Assembly: GCA_965221305.1 (NCBI GenBank)
Contig: OZ244881.1
Coordinates: 3,670,091-3,734,090 of the forward strand
Length of the DNA: 64,000 nt
Direction: 5' to 3'
Origin: Vicinamibacterales bacterium
GTDB taxonomy: Bacteria; Acidobacteriota; Vicinamibacteria; Vicinamibacterales; UBA8438
The first letter of the stretch is position 1. Each line of letters starts with the position of its first letter. This document shows, piece by piece, positions 49,380 through 58,650 of this stretch. The notes below the pieces were generated by a model. The model was not told where the DNA came from. It made no database searches and was given only the letters and a program-made list of their open reading frames with translations. Position numbers and translations under genes: made by a program.

Positions 49380-49574
49380 ACGCCGAGAATCTGGATTCCC
49401 GGCGTTGAGCTTCCTGCTGCTGGTGGGGTTCTCGCTGGTGGCGGAAGGGTCCCACCAGGAGATTCCCAAGGGCTATCTCTACTCGCGATGGTGTTCTCGG
49501 TCTTCGTCGCGCTGATCGACCAGCGCGTCCGCCACGTCGCGCCGGTGCGCCTCAAGAAGTCGATCACGTCGTGA
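49380..49574 (+). pseudogene. 3' remnant of a TerC-family membrane protein gene (frameshifted, 5' part missing)
   Basis: Reads ...FPALSFLLLVGFSLVAEGSHQEIPKGYLYS. After a +1 shift it reads MVFSVFVALIDQRVRHVAPVRLKK-stop. This matches the last helix of the TerC/YoaE family (LLLIGF.L.AEGF..HIPKGYLYAA.GFS). No upstream TerC coding sequence is present. Confidence 0.5.
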
Positions 49575-50367
49575 TCCACCACGCGGCGGCGCCGACCGAG
49601 AGCCCGACGACGGTGTCGGCGGCGTAGTGATAGCGCCCCACCACCGTCGAGACGGCGATCGCGCCCGCCACCGCGTGGAGGGGCAGGACCAGGGCGGGCA
49701 TCAGCTCGCCGGTGGCGAGAGCGGCGGCGATGGCGGTGGCGGCGTGGCCGCTCGGGAAGGTGTTGACCTGCACGGACGCCCGATCGAGCACGGCGCGGTT
49801 CAGCCGACGCAGGGCGAGGCGGCGTCGATCCATCGAGCCCGGCGGCTCGATGGCGCGCGGGGGGCGGGTCTGAATCCACGGCAGCAGGCCGTAGCACGCG
49901 AACGCGGCGAGCAGCACCGCCGTCCAGTACTGGTCCGCTTCTCCGCGCAGGCCGCCGCCGTAGAGCAGACCCAGCGTGATCGGCACGAACGGATACGCGA
50001 ACAGGTAGGCCAGCTCCAGCAGCTCGAGCACCGGAGCCGGCATCCGCCCCACCACCGCGTCCATCCGCAGCGCCCCGAGCAGCCGCCCGTCGAGGCGCAG
50101 AAGCCGGTCCTCGACCGCCTCCATGGGGCGCCGGAAGAAGAGCCCGCTCATCCAGTAGCCCTGCAGCAGGTAGATGCACGGCACCCAGTCGCGCGCGATC
50201 CGCATGGGGAGCTGCAGCCGCAGTTGGGAGAGCACGATCACCAGACCGACGCACGCCAGCCCCACCGCGAGCACGCGGTTGCGGCGGGTCGCTGACAGCG
50301 GGTGGACGCGGGCGAGGACGATGAGGTAGGCGAAGTAGCCGCAGACGATCCACTCGCTGGCGCGCAT
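49564..50367 (-). CDS. PAP2-superfamily membrane phosphatase
   Basis: 267 aa polytopic protein. PAP2 motifs FPSGHAATA and GRYHYAAD. Confidence 0.75.
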   Translation of the reverse strand: MRASEWIVCGYFAYLIVLARVHPLSATRRNRVLAVGLACVGLVIVLSQLRLQLPMRIARDWVPCIYLLQGYWMSGLFFRRPMEAVEDRLLRLDGRLLGALRMDAVVGRMPAPVLELLELAYLFAYPFVPITLGLLYGGGLRGEADQYWTAVLLAAFACYGLLPWIQTRPPRAIEPPGSMDRRRLALRRLNRAVLDRASVQVNTFPSGHAATAIAAALATGELMPALVLPLHAVAGAIAVSTVVGRYHYAADTVVGLSVGAAAWWITT

Positions 50368-50514
50368 CGGTCCATCGTGGCAGCCCGGTGCGGGAGATGC
50401 AAGGACTGCGGAGGGCTCAGGCGCCGTCCGCGGGGACGGCGGTCGCCTCCATGCTGGGCGTCCGCGTTGTCGTGGGGTGCGTTCTCCCGCCCGGCGGCAA
50501 GCAGGTGGAAACGC

Positions 50515-52011
50515 TCAGTCTCGCACGGGCGCGGGCTCGCGTCCCCGGGGCACGGTGCGCGGCTCCAGCCTCGAGATCGAGATGTTCGCCCACCCGTAGA
50601 GCGCGGCGATCAGGGGGTTGATGAGGTTGAAGAAGCAGAACGGGGCGTAGGTCAGGGTGGCGACCCCGAGGGTGCCGGCCATGTACGCGCCGCACGTGTT
50701 CCAGGGGATCAGCACCGATGTGAGGGTGCCGCCGTCCTCCAGGGTGCGCGACAGGTTGCAGGGGTCGAGCCCGCGCCGCTCGAACTCGGCGCGGAACATC
50801 CGCCCCGGGAGCACGATGGAGATGTACTGGTCGGAGGTGACCACGTTGGTGCCGAACGCGGTGAGGAGGGTCGCCCAGACCAGGCTCCCCGCGCCGCGGA
50901 CCACGCGCAGGATGCGCCGCGCAAGGACCTCGAGTTGGCCGGTGGACTCCATGACCCCCCCGAACATCATCGCCGACATGACTAGCCAGACCGTGCTCAG
51001 CATGCTGCTCATGCCGCCCCGGCTGAGGAGGTCGTCGAGAGCGGCGTTCCCCGAATCGAGGGTGAACCCGTCGAAGAGGGCGACCCAGCAGCCCTTGAGG
51101 ACCGCGAGGGGCCGGGGCAGGTCGGGCTCGGCCACGAGCGCGACCACCGTGTCGGCCTGGAACAGCGCCGCGAAGAGCGCGCCGGCCAGCGCGCCGGCGA
51201 GCAGCACCGGAAGCGCGGGGACGCGCCGCACGACCAGGGCCAACACCACGACTGCCGGAATCAGGAGATGGGGCCCGAGCGCGTACTGGCTCTCGAGCGC
51301 TTCCAGCACGACTTCGAGCTCGGCGGTGGTGGCGGGGGCCGGCGCGACGAGGCCGGCCGCCGCGAACAGGACGAGCGCCGCCGCGATGCTCGGCCCCGTG
51401 GTCCACGCCATGTGCCGGATGTGGGTGAACAGGTCGGTGCCGGCGACGGCCGGCGCGAGGTTGGTGGTGTCGGACAGGACGGACATCTTGTCGCCGAAGT
51501 AGGCGCCCGAGATGATCGCGCCGGCGGCGAGGCCGAGGTTCAACCCCTGCGCGGTGGCGATGCCGACGAGAGCGATGCCGATGGTGCCCGCGGTGGTCCA
51601 CGAGCTGCCGGTGGCGACCGACACGAGGGCGCAGATGACGCAAGCGGTGGCGTAGAACACCGCCGGCGACAGCACCAGCAGCCCGTAGTAGATCATCGTC
51701 GGGACGATCCCGGCGAGAATCCACGTCCCGATGAGGGCGCCCACGACGAGGAGGATGAGGATGGCCCCCGCCGACACCGAGATGCTGCGGCGGATGCCCT
51801 GCTCGATGGCCGGCCAAGGGTGCCCGTTCCGCAGCCCCACCAGGGCCGCCGTTGCGGCGGCGAGCATCAACGCGATCTGGTTCGGCCCGCTCGACGACCC
51901 GTCCCCGAACAGGTAGACCGAGCCGGCGAGCAGGGCGACGAGCAGGCCCAGCGGCCCCAGCGCCTGCAGGGCGGTGGTCGGGCGTGTCGTGACGGCGGCG
52001 GGGTCGGCCAT
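50515..52011 (-). CDS. nhaC: Na+/H+ antiporter, NhaC family
   Basis: 498 aa polytopic protein. NhaC-like blocks (GALIGTWILAGIVPTMIYYGL, SVATGSSWTTAGTIG, SGAYFGDKMS..SDTTNLA, LIPWNTCGAYMAG). Confidence 0.8.
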   Translation of the reverse strand: MADPAAVTTRPTTALQALGPLGLLVALLAGSVYLFGDGSSSGPNQIALMLAAATAALVGLRNGHPWPAIEQGIRRSISVSAGAILILLVVGALIGTWILAGIVPTMIYYGLLVLSPAVFYATACVICALVSVATGSSWTTAGTIGIALVGIATAQGLNLGLAAGAIISGAYFGDKMSVLSDTTNLAPAVAGTDLFTHIRHMAWTTGPSIAAALVLFAAAGLVAPAPATTAELEVVLEALESQYALGPHLLIPAVVVLALVVRRVPALPVLLAGALAGALFAALFQADTVVALVAEPDLPRPLAVLKGCWVALFDGFTLDSGNAALDDLLSRGGMSSMLSTVWLVMSAMMFGGVMESTGQLEVLARRILRVVRGAGSLVWATLLTAFGTNVVTSDQYISIVLPGRMFRAEFERRGLDPCNLSRTLEDGGTLTSVLIPWNTCGAYMAGTLGVATLTYAPFCFFNLINPLIAALYGWANISISRLEPRTVPRGREPAPVRD

Positions 52012-52414
52012 GCGGGTCCAGTCGGGGCGCTCATGCTAGCACGCCGGCCCGCGCCGGTTCGGGAGAGGCGGTTCAGGCTCACTTCGCTTCGAGGCCGATC
52101 CGCGCCGGCGCCATGTCGGATGCTCCGGTGCGGTGGTGGCCGCCCCGGATCACGGCGGCAGTGACCGGCCCGTTCCCGTCCGCGAAGCGTCGTGTACCTC
52201 GACGGCGAGCAGCCGCCGCGGCACCACACGGTTACGGCGACCAGTATTCCCGTCGATGAACTGGCGAGTCGGGGAGGGTGGAGTTGACGGGGCCGACGGC
52301 GCGGGAGAAAGTGGGTGGACTGCACCGCGATAGATTGGGTGCTATGTCGGCAAGCGGGACGGATTCTCGATGAGGTCGGCGTGGAGAAACCGTCATTGCT
52401 CATGCCGTAGATGA

Positions 52415-54811
52415 ATGGAGGTCGTTCGATTGGAGGGTGGACGATTTCGGGTGTCCCGGTTCTGGCGCCGGGGGTCTTTCCCGGGTACGTTGGTGGCGCT
52501 GGGGCTGGGGGTCGGGGCGAACAGCGCCACGGTGATGCTGGCGGCGTCGCTGCTGGCGACAGCGCCCGACTATGTGCGGAACCCGGAACGGGTCGTGCTG
52601 GTCCCGGCCGTCTCGACCTACCAGGAGTACAGGAACGTCCGCGCACGCGCGAGGACCCTGGATGTGGCGGCGTTTACGCGGGTCGATCTGAGTCTTGGTC
52701 TGGGCCCGGCGGCCGAGACCGTCAACGTCGAGTGCGCGACGCGGGGGTACTTCGACATCTTTCCGGTCCGTCCGGTGCTGGGCCGGGGATTCGGGGGATC
52801 GGAGGAGGTTCGGGGTGCGACGCCGTTGGTGCTGGGGCACGGCTTGTGGGTGCGTCAGTTCGGCAAGGACCCGGCGGTGTTGGGGCGTACGGTCATGCTC
52901 GGGAATCGCGGTCATGTCGTGGTCGGAGTTGCGCCGCCGGGGTTCAAGGGCATCGAGCAGGCGGAGACCGACGTGTGGCTGTCGCTCGAGGCGTCGGCGG
53001 ACCTGTGCTCCTTCACGGGAACGGACTTGCGGGAGACGGTGGGTGGTGCATGGCTGCGGACCGCGGGACGCGTTCGGGATGGCTTCACGATCAGCGCGGC
53101 GGCGGCGGAGATCTCGTCGCTGACCGCAGGCGCGCGGCTCGACGGGACGGGGTCGGACGCGGCGGGGCCGGGTCGCAGGGTGGTGGTGGCGGCGTACGGC
53201 TCCTGGCGCAGCCGAATGCTCGATGGACAGGTAGCGCTGTGGCTGGTGGGGGCAGCCGGTCTGATGCTGGTCGCAGCGTGTCTGAACGTCGGTGTTCTGC
53301 TGTCGATCCAGGCATTCGATCGCGTGCGGGAGTTCGTCGTGCGCGCGCAGCTCGGCGCGACGCGGATGCGGGTCTTCCTGGAGTTCATGCTGGAGCACCT
53401 TGCGGCGACGGGCGTCTGCGGGTTGGCTGCGGCGGGGGTCGGTGTCGGGGTCGGCCGACTGCTGGTCGGCTGGCTGCCTCTGGCGGGCATGGAGGCGTTC
53501 GCCGGTGGTGAGTTCTTCCTGCTCGTTGGGACGTTGGCGCTTCTGGCGTGCGTGGCGAGCGGGATCGGTCCCGCCCTCTGGGTTTCGCGGGTGGCGGCGA
53601 CGGCGGGCCGGCCTGGCGGGGCGCTCTCGGCGCCGTCCGGCGAAGGGCTCCGCAGCGTTTTCGTGACGGCTCAATTCGCGCTGGCGGTCGTGCTCGTGGT
53701 GGGGACCGGACTCTTCGTCGGTACGGTCCGTCATCTCGGCCGGACCCCGGGTTTGGACGCAGACCGCGTCGTCGTCGCGACCGTCGATCTGGTCAGGGTC
53801 GGCTACGGAGCGCAGCGGATCCGGGCTGTCTTCGAGACCTTCCGGCAGCGCGTCGAACGGTTGCCCCAAGTTGCTTCGTCCACCGTCAGTCTGGCGCCGC
53901 TCATGGGGTCAGGAGGGGTGACGAGGGCGTTTCCGATGCGAACGGCGCGCGGCGTCGCTCCGGCGAGCGTGCCGATGTTCAACGCCGTGTCGCCGGGCTA
54001 CTTTCGCACCGTCGGCACGCGGATTCTGCGCGGGCGCGGGTTCGAGGACGGTGATGCCGGAGGCGGACCCGTGGCGGTCGTGAACGTCGGCTTGGCCGAG
54101 CAGTTGTGGGGCGCGTCGGATGCGATCGGCCGATGCGTCGTCGTCGGTGGAGTGCCTTGCGTGGAGGTAGTCGGCGTGAACGAGGATCGGCGTCACGTGT
54201 CGGTTACCGGGGTGCACGGCGAGTTGTTCGTTCCATTGAGCCAAGCGGCCTTGTACATCGGCGACGACGTGGCGCCTCGTACGTTGCTGGTGCGTGCGCG
54301 CGGCTCCGGGCGCGCGGCCGTTGGCGCCGTGGCGGCGGAGCTCAGGGGGTTCGATGAGGACTTGCCCTTCGTGGATGTGCGGTTGCTGGCGGATCTCGTC
54401 GACGATCAGACGCGGTCCTGGCGGCTCGGGGCGACCGTCTTCGGCTTGTTGGGCAGTCTTGCCTTGTTGCTCGGCGCGGTCGGGAGCTTCGCCGCGCTGA
54501 ACCTGTCGGTGCGGACCCGAACGCGGGAGTTCGGCATTCGAATGGCGCTCGGCGCCGGTCGGCGCGATGTCGTCGGCGCGGTGGTGCGGCGCGGTATGGG
54601 GATCGTCTTCGCCGGACTCGTCATCGGCGTGGTCGCCTCGGCCGCGACGTATCGTCTGATGGACAGTCTGCTCGTCGGGTTGACGGCGGCCGATCCCGTC
54701 TCCTTCGGGATCGCTAGTGTCGTTGTCTTCGGTGCGGGCGTCGCTGCGACGGTGGAGCCGGCGGTCAGGGCGGCGCGCCTGGATCCGGCAAGGGAGTGTA
54801 CCGATGTCTAA
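52415..54811 (+). CDS. ADOP-type duplicated FtsX/MacB-like permease (two MacB periplasmic-core plus FtsX modules in one chain)
   Basis: 798 aa. Two copies of the FtsX C-terminal module (DRVREFVVRAQLGATR and TRTREFGIRMALGAGR) and two large periplasmic loops. No adjacent ATPase gene. The start is uncertain and the N-terminus looks short for the family. Confidence 0.8.
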   Translation: MEVVRLEGGRFRVSRFWRRGSFPGTLVALGLGVGANSATVMLAASLLATAPDYVRNPERVVLVPAVSTYQEYRNVRARARTLDVAAFTRVDLSLGLGPAAETVNVECATRGYFDIFPVRPVLGRGFGGSEEVRGATPLVLGHGLWVRQFGKDPAVLGRTVMLGNRGHVVVGVAPPGFKGIEQAETDVWLSLEASADLCSFTGTDLRETVGGAWLRTAGRVRDGFTISAAAAEISSLTAGARLDGTGSDAAGPGRRVVVAAYGSWRSRMLDGQVALWLVGAAGLMLVAACLNVGVLLSIQAFDRVREFVVRAQLGATRMRVFLEFMLEHLAATGVCGLAAAGVGVGVGRLLVGWLPLAGMEAFAGGEFFLLVGTLALLACVASGIGPALWVSRVAATAGRPGGALSAPSGEGLRSVFVTAQFALAVVLVVGTGLFVGTVRHLGRTPGLDADRVVVATVDLVRVGYGAQRIRAVFETFRQRVERLPQVASSTVSLAPLMGSGGVTRAFPMRTARGVAPASVPMFNAVSPGYFRTVGTRILRGRGFEDGDAGGGPVAVVNVGLAEQLWGASDAIGRCVVVGGVPCVEVVGVNEDRRHVSVTGVHGELFVPLSQAALYIGDDVAPRTLLVRARGSGRAAVGAVAAELRGFDEDLPFVDVRLLADLVDDQTRSWRLGATVFGLLGSLALLLGAVGSFAALNLSVRTRTREFGIRMALGAGRRDVVGAVVRRGMGIVFAGLVIGVVASAATYRLMDSLLVGLTAADPVSFGIASVVVFGAGVAATVEPAVRAARLDPARECTDV

Positions 54812-55547
54812 GCGAATGAGCTTCCGGAATCTCCTGGTCGTCTTGCTGCTGTGCGGTGCATGTGACCTGGTCGAGGTCGATCCGCGCGATAGCGAGCCTC
54901 CGTTGACTACCACCAGCCAGGCCGCGATCGAAGCCTTGGCGTCGCACAAGCCGTTTCCGGATTACCCGGCTCGGTCCGTCGAGAACGGCTCGGCGGGCGT
55001 CGCCGTGGCTTCGATCCTGATCGGTGCCGACGGACGGATGGAGCGGGTCGATGTCCTCGAGGCGCCGGATGCGGACATCGGCAAGGCCATGCTGGACGCC
55101 CTCGGGCGCTGGGCGCTGCCACCGCACCTCAACACGGATCACCCGCGCGGTCCGTTCAAGGTCTCTGCCACGATGGTGTTCTATTTCCTGATCGAAGCCG
55201 GGGAGGCCCGGGTGATGAGCGGCCCGGCTATGGCGGAGGCGCGCGGCGCTGATCACTCGTCGGCCGGCAAGCTCCGTCGCATCGGCGAAGCCGAGTTCGA
55301 CGCGTTGCTGGAGTCGGGTGACGCGGTCGTCATCGATCCACGCGAACGCGAGTTCTACGCGCTCGGCCACCGGGACGGTACGATCAACATCCCGGTTGAC
55401 GAGCTGCCGTTACGGGCGATCGTGGAGCTTCCGGCGGCCCGCGTCGTCGTCATCGACTGCTACCGTGGTTCGGAATCGATGTGCGAGATGGCGGGACGGC
55501 TATTGCGACGGGTTCGGTCGGACGTCGCGGTCTTCGTCCACGACTGA
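54804..55547 (+). CDS. Lipoprotein with TonB C-terminal-like domain fused to a rhodanese-like domain
   Basis: 247 aa from ATG 54804, preceded by agggag; overlaps the ADOP stop by 8 nt. Lipobox LLLCGAC. TonB_C-like block (FPDYPARSVENGSAGVAVASILIGADGRMERVDVLE ... ALGRWALPP). Rhodanese-like block (AVVIDPREREFYALGHRDGTINIP ... VVVIDCYRGSES). Confidence 0.65.
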   Translation: MSKRMSFRNLLVVLLLCGACDLVEVDPRDSEPPLTTTSQAAIEALASHKPFPDYPARSVENGSAGVAVASILIGADGRMERVDVLEAPDADIGKAMLDALGRWALPPHLNTDHPRGPFKVSATMVFYFLIEAGEARVMSGPAMAEARGADHSSAGKLRRIGEAEFDALLESGDAVVIDPREREFYALGHRDGTINIPVDELPLRAIVELPAARVVVIDCYRGSESMCEMAGRLLRRVRSDVAVFVHD

Positions 55548-55603
55548 GGAACGAGTAGGGCGCTGCGCTTTCTGGCATCAGCCGAAGGCCCCGTCACGGC
55601 GGG

Positions 55604-58459
55604 TCAGGCCCGGGCGCCTTGCAGCCCGCCGTCGCGGTCGCCGGTCTCGGCGCGATGCGCGCTCTCGCCGTCGGTCGTCAGAACGTCGCCTGTGCGAGAC
55701 GGCGGTGTCGCAGGCGTCTCGTCGGGGCGCGCCACCGTGCCCGCCGGTGGCGGCGCCGCGCGTGCAGGGGCCGCGGCCGGGCTCGCACTCGGTGTCGGAG
55801 CGGGGACGGAACGCGTCTGCGGCGCCGACGGGGCGTGCTTCCGTCGCTCTCCCTGCGCCGTCGCCTCCGGCAGCGGCATCAGTCCGAATGCCTCCGCGGT
55901 GTCCGCGATGGCCGCGTCGACGGCCGCGCCGGCGCGCGCCGATTGCCGCAGGGTGCGCGTCGCCCAAGCCGCGAGCAGCGCCGCGGCGCCGGCGATCCAC
56001 GGCCAGTACGGGGCCGCGCCGGCGGCGGCGCTGAGCGCGCCCAGCGCGACGGATGCGGCGAGGAGCCACAGCTTGGGCGTGGGCCGCAGGCTCCGCGCGA
56101 GCCGGACCAGGCATCGACCCTCCTGATGCTCCTCGACGAGCACCCGCAGGTGCAGCCGGGCCCAGGGGTTCAGGCCGATGCTGATGTCGCGGTCCGCCTG
56201 CCACCCGTCGTCCGTCTCCACCGTCCGAACCTCGCGCGTTCGTTCGAGCCGGGCCGTCAGGTGCGCGAGCAGCGCCTCTCCCGCGATCCAGGTCTCGCTC
56301 CAGTAACGGCGGGGCGGCGTGTGGCGCGACAGGTCGGCCCACAAGCCCCGGTCGGCGCCGGTCGCCGCGGTCGGGGCGCGCCGGCCGTTCGCGGGAGCGC
56401 GCAGGACCTCGGGCGGGGACATCGATCCCCGCAGGCGACCCCACGCGCGCGCGAGAGGCTGGATGAAGTACAGCCCGGCGATGCGCGATCGATAGAGGAT
56501 GCGGCTCAGGCGGCGCGGGCGTCGAACCAGCGGCGGCAGGCCCTCGATGTCGGTCACGAGGGCGTAGCGAACGCAGCGGGCTACGGTCGTCCCGAGGGCG
56601 CCCGCGCCCACCGCCAGCAGCGCGAGGGCCAGTCCGATCTGGTTCGTCAGCAGGGTGAGGGCGCCGAATCCCATCAGGCCCGCCGCAGCGACCTGCCAGC
56701 GGGCGGAGTGCGGCATGAACGCGAACGGGTAGGTGTCGATGGCGTAGACGGACGGGAACGGTGCGGTCCCCCAAGTCCCGCTGTTGACCCGTGCCCGGGT
56801 GAGCGAGCGGTGAAAGGGCAGCGGTCCGTAGATGCGCCCGCGCCAGCCGATGTGCAGCCCCTGGAACTGGTCGGGATGGTGGGGCTTGAGCCACGACTCG
56901 CCTTCCCCGTAGCCGACCTGCTGGCGCCAGTACGCGCGCAGCGACGCGCGGTGGCGGTGCCAGACGAGCGCGGACGGCGCGAACCCGATCTTCCAGCCGC
57001 GCGCCTGCAGGCGCCAGCAGATGTCGACGTCGTCGCCGGCGCGCAGGTAGATGGGGTTGAACCCGCCCACCGCGAGCAATGCCTCGCGGCGGAACGCCAT
57101 GTTGCAGCCGGGCACGTGCTCGGCGATGCGGTCGTCGAGCATCACCTGGGTGGGGCTGCCGGGCGCGCGCGCGATGCACTGGGCCATCGGGGGGTCGTCG
57201 CCGGGGACGAGGTTGGGGCCGCCGGCGCCGACCACGTCCGAGGTCAGGAACGGCCGGACGAGGTGCGTCAGCCAGTCGGGGTCGACGCGTACGTCGCCGT
57301 CGGTATAGGCGACGATCTCGCCGGCGGCGTGCTCGAGCCCGACGTTGCGGGCCGCGCTCAGGCCGCCGTTGGGGATGTCGATGACCTCGACCGACGCGTG
57401 TCGGCGGGCGATGTCGCCGGTGGCGTCGCTCGAGCCGTCGTTGACGAGGATGATCTCGTAGTCGGGATAGCTCAGGTTCCCGATGGACGTGAGGCACTCG
57501 TCGATGGTGGCGGCTTCGTTGTAGGCGCACACCACCACCGAGATCTTCGGCCACGTCCGCCGCTCGGCCTCGGGGAACGGCGCCTCCGCGAACGCGCGGG
57601 CGACGTCGCCGAGCGCCGGCTTCGGCCTGCGCGCCGCGTCGACGAGGCCGAACGCCCAGTCGTCGACCGGCCGTCCCCCCCGCCACCACTCGTCGGTCCA
57701 CGCGAACACGACGGCCCCGCACGCGCCCTCGGAGAACGCGGTGCGGACGTGCATGGCTGCGATCGCGGCCTGGCCGTCCTCGCCCTCCCGCCGACTGTCC
57801 GCCCCCGCCTCGGCCAGCAGGAGGGGGCGGTGCCCCGCGAGATGCTGCAGTCGGGCGAGGTAGCGCCGCAGGTCCGACTCCGCGTGCAGGTAGACGTTGA
57901 ATGCGCAGACGTCCAGGAACGGCAGCGACAGGTACTCGGTCGGCGGGTAGTTCACGTAGGTCAGCAATGCCTCCGGCGCCGCCGCCTTGACGTCGTGGTA
58001 CAGCTCGCGAATGAAGCGCTCGACCCGGGCCTGCCCGTGCCAGCGGACGATGGGGGCGGGAATCTCGTTGCCGAGCGCGAAGACGAGCGCGGCGGGATGG
58101 TCGGACAGCTCGCGCACGCGCGCGATGATGTCCTCGCGGATGCCGCGGCAGAGGTCGGGGTCGTCGAGGAACGCGACGTGCTGCGGCCAGGGCAGGCCGA
58201 TCATCATGCGCAGCCCGTGACGCGCCGCCTCGTCGAGCACCCGGGGCGCGGGCACCGTGTAGGTGCGGACGGTGTTGAAGCCCGCCTCCCGCATCCGCGC
58301 GAAGTCCGCCGAGACCACGTCGGGCGCGGGAAACTGGTCGCCCGAGGCGTCGGGTGCGAACGTGCCGTAGGAGACGCCCTTCACGAGAAACCGATCACGC
58401 CCGAGGGCCAGGCACTTGCCGTCGACGGCGGCGCGCGTCTCGGGGTCCGCGGTAGTCAT
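55604..58459 (-). CDS. Fusion protein: glycoside-hydrolase-like TIM barrel + family 2 glycosyltransferase + polytopic/low-complexity C-terminal region
   Basis: 951 aa from ATG 58459 (GTG 58510 is an alternative). GH-like N-terminus (VKGVSYGTF, GFNTVRTY, ALGNEIP, AWTDEWW). GT2 core (ISVVVCAYNEA, ILVNDGSSD, YTDGDVRVD, AGDDVDICWRL, YWRQQVGYGEGE). Then TM helices and an A/P-rich tail. Confidence 0.8.
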   Translation of the reverse strand: MTTADPETRAAVDGKCLALGRDRFLVKGVSYGTFAPDASGDQFPAPDVVSADFARMREAGFNTVRTYTVPAPRVLDEAARHGLRMMIGLPWPQHVAFLDDPDLCRGIREDIIARVRELSDHPAALVFALGNEIPAPIVRWHGQARVERFIRELYHDVKAAAPEALLTYVNYPPTEYLSLPFLDVCAFNVYLHAESDLRRYLARLQHLAGHRPLLLAEAGADSRREGEDGQAAIAAMHVRTAFSEGACGAVVFAWTDEWWRGGRPVDDWAFGLVDAARRPKPALGDVARAFAEAPFPEAERRTWPKISVVVCAYNEAATIDECLTSIGNLSYPDYEIILVNDGSSDATGDIARRHASVEVIDIPNGGLSAARNVGLEHAAGEIVAYTDGDVRVDPDWLTHLVRPFLTSDVVGAGGPNLVPGDDPPMAQCIARAPGSPTQVMLDDRIAEHVPGCNMAFRREALLAVGGFNPIYLRAGDDVDICWRLQARGWKIGFAPSALVWHRHRASLRAYWRQQVGYGEGESWLKPHHPDQFQGLHIGWRGRIYGPLPFHRSLTRARVNSGTWGTAPFPSVYAIDTYPFAFMPHSARWQVAAAGLMGFGALTLLTNQIGLALALLAVGAGALGTTVARCVRYALVTDIEGLPPLVRRPRRLSRILYRSRIAGLYFIQPLARAWGRLRGSMSPPEVLRAPANGRRAPTAATGADRGLWADLSRHTPPRRYWSETWIAGEALLAHLTARLERTREVRTVETDDGWQADRDISIGLNPWARLHLRVLVEEHQEGRCLVRLARSLRPTPKLWLLAASVALGALSAAAGAAPYWPWIAGAAALLAAWATRTLRQSARAGAAVDAAIADTAEAFGLMPLPEATAQGERRKHAPSAPQTRSVPAPTPSASPAAAPARAAPPPAGTVARPDETPATPPSRTGDVLTTDGESAHRAETGDRDGGLQGARA

Positions 58460-58554
58460 GGGAAGAATACGGGCGTGGCGCGGTTCTCCTCGCGCCCGAG
58501 CGTCAGCCACTCACCGTCGACGGCGGCTCGCGTCTCGGGGACCGGCGTCGTCAT
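58398..58554. repeat. Tandem duplication (62-bp units, period 95) of the 5' end of the GH-GT2 gene, including its start codon
   Basis: Unit 1 (58398-58459) encodes MTTADPETRAAVDGKCLALGR. Unit 2 (58493-58554) encodes MTTPVPETRAAVDGEWLTLGR. Unit 2 opens a 32-codon ORF (58456-58554) whose TGA overlaps the main ATG (ATGA). Confidence 0.85.
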
Positions 58555-58650
58555 CGCGGACGACCCGGCGCGCCATGGCGGGCGACCCGGCGCGCCGGGT
58601 CTCCGACGGCCACCGCGCACCGGCGCCCCCGGCGGCGTCAAGCGCGCCCT

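Noticed and set aside
52012-52414. Small ORFs or an RNA gene in the 400-bp A/T-richer gap upstream of the ADOP permease (e.g. 52133-52333).
   Set aside because: There is no coding-like composition, SD, or recognisable RNA motif. I kept it only as context in the ADOP finding.
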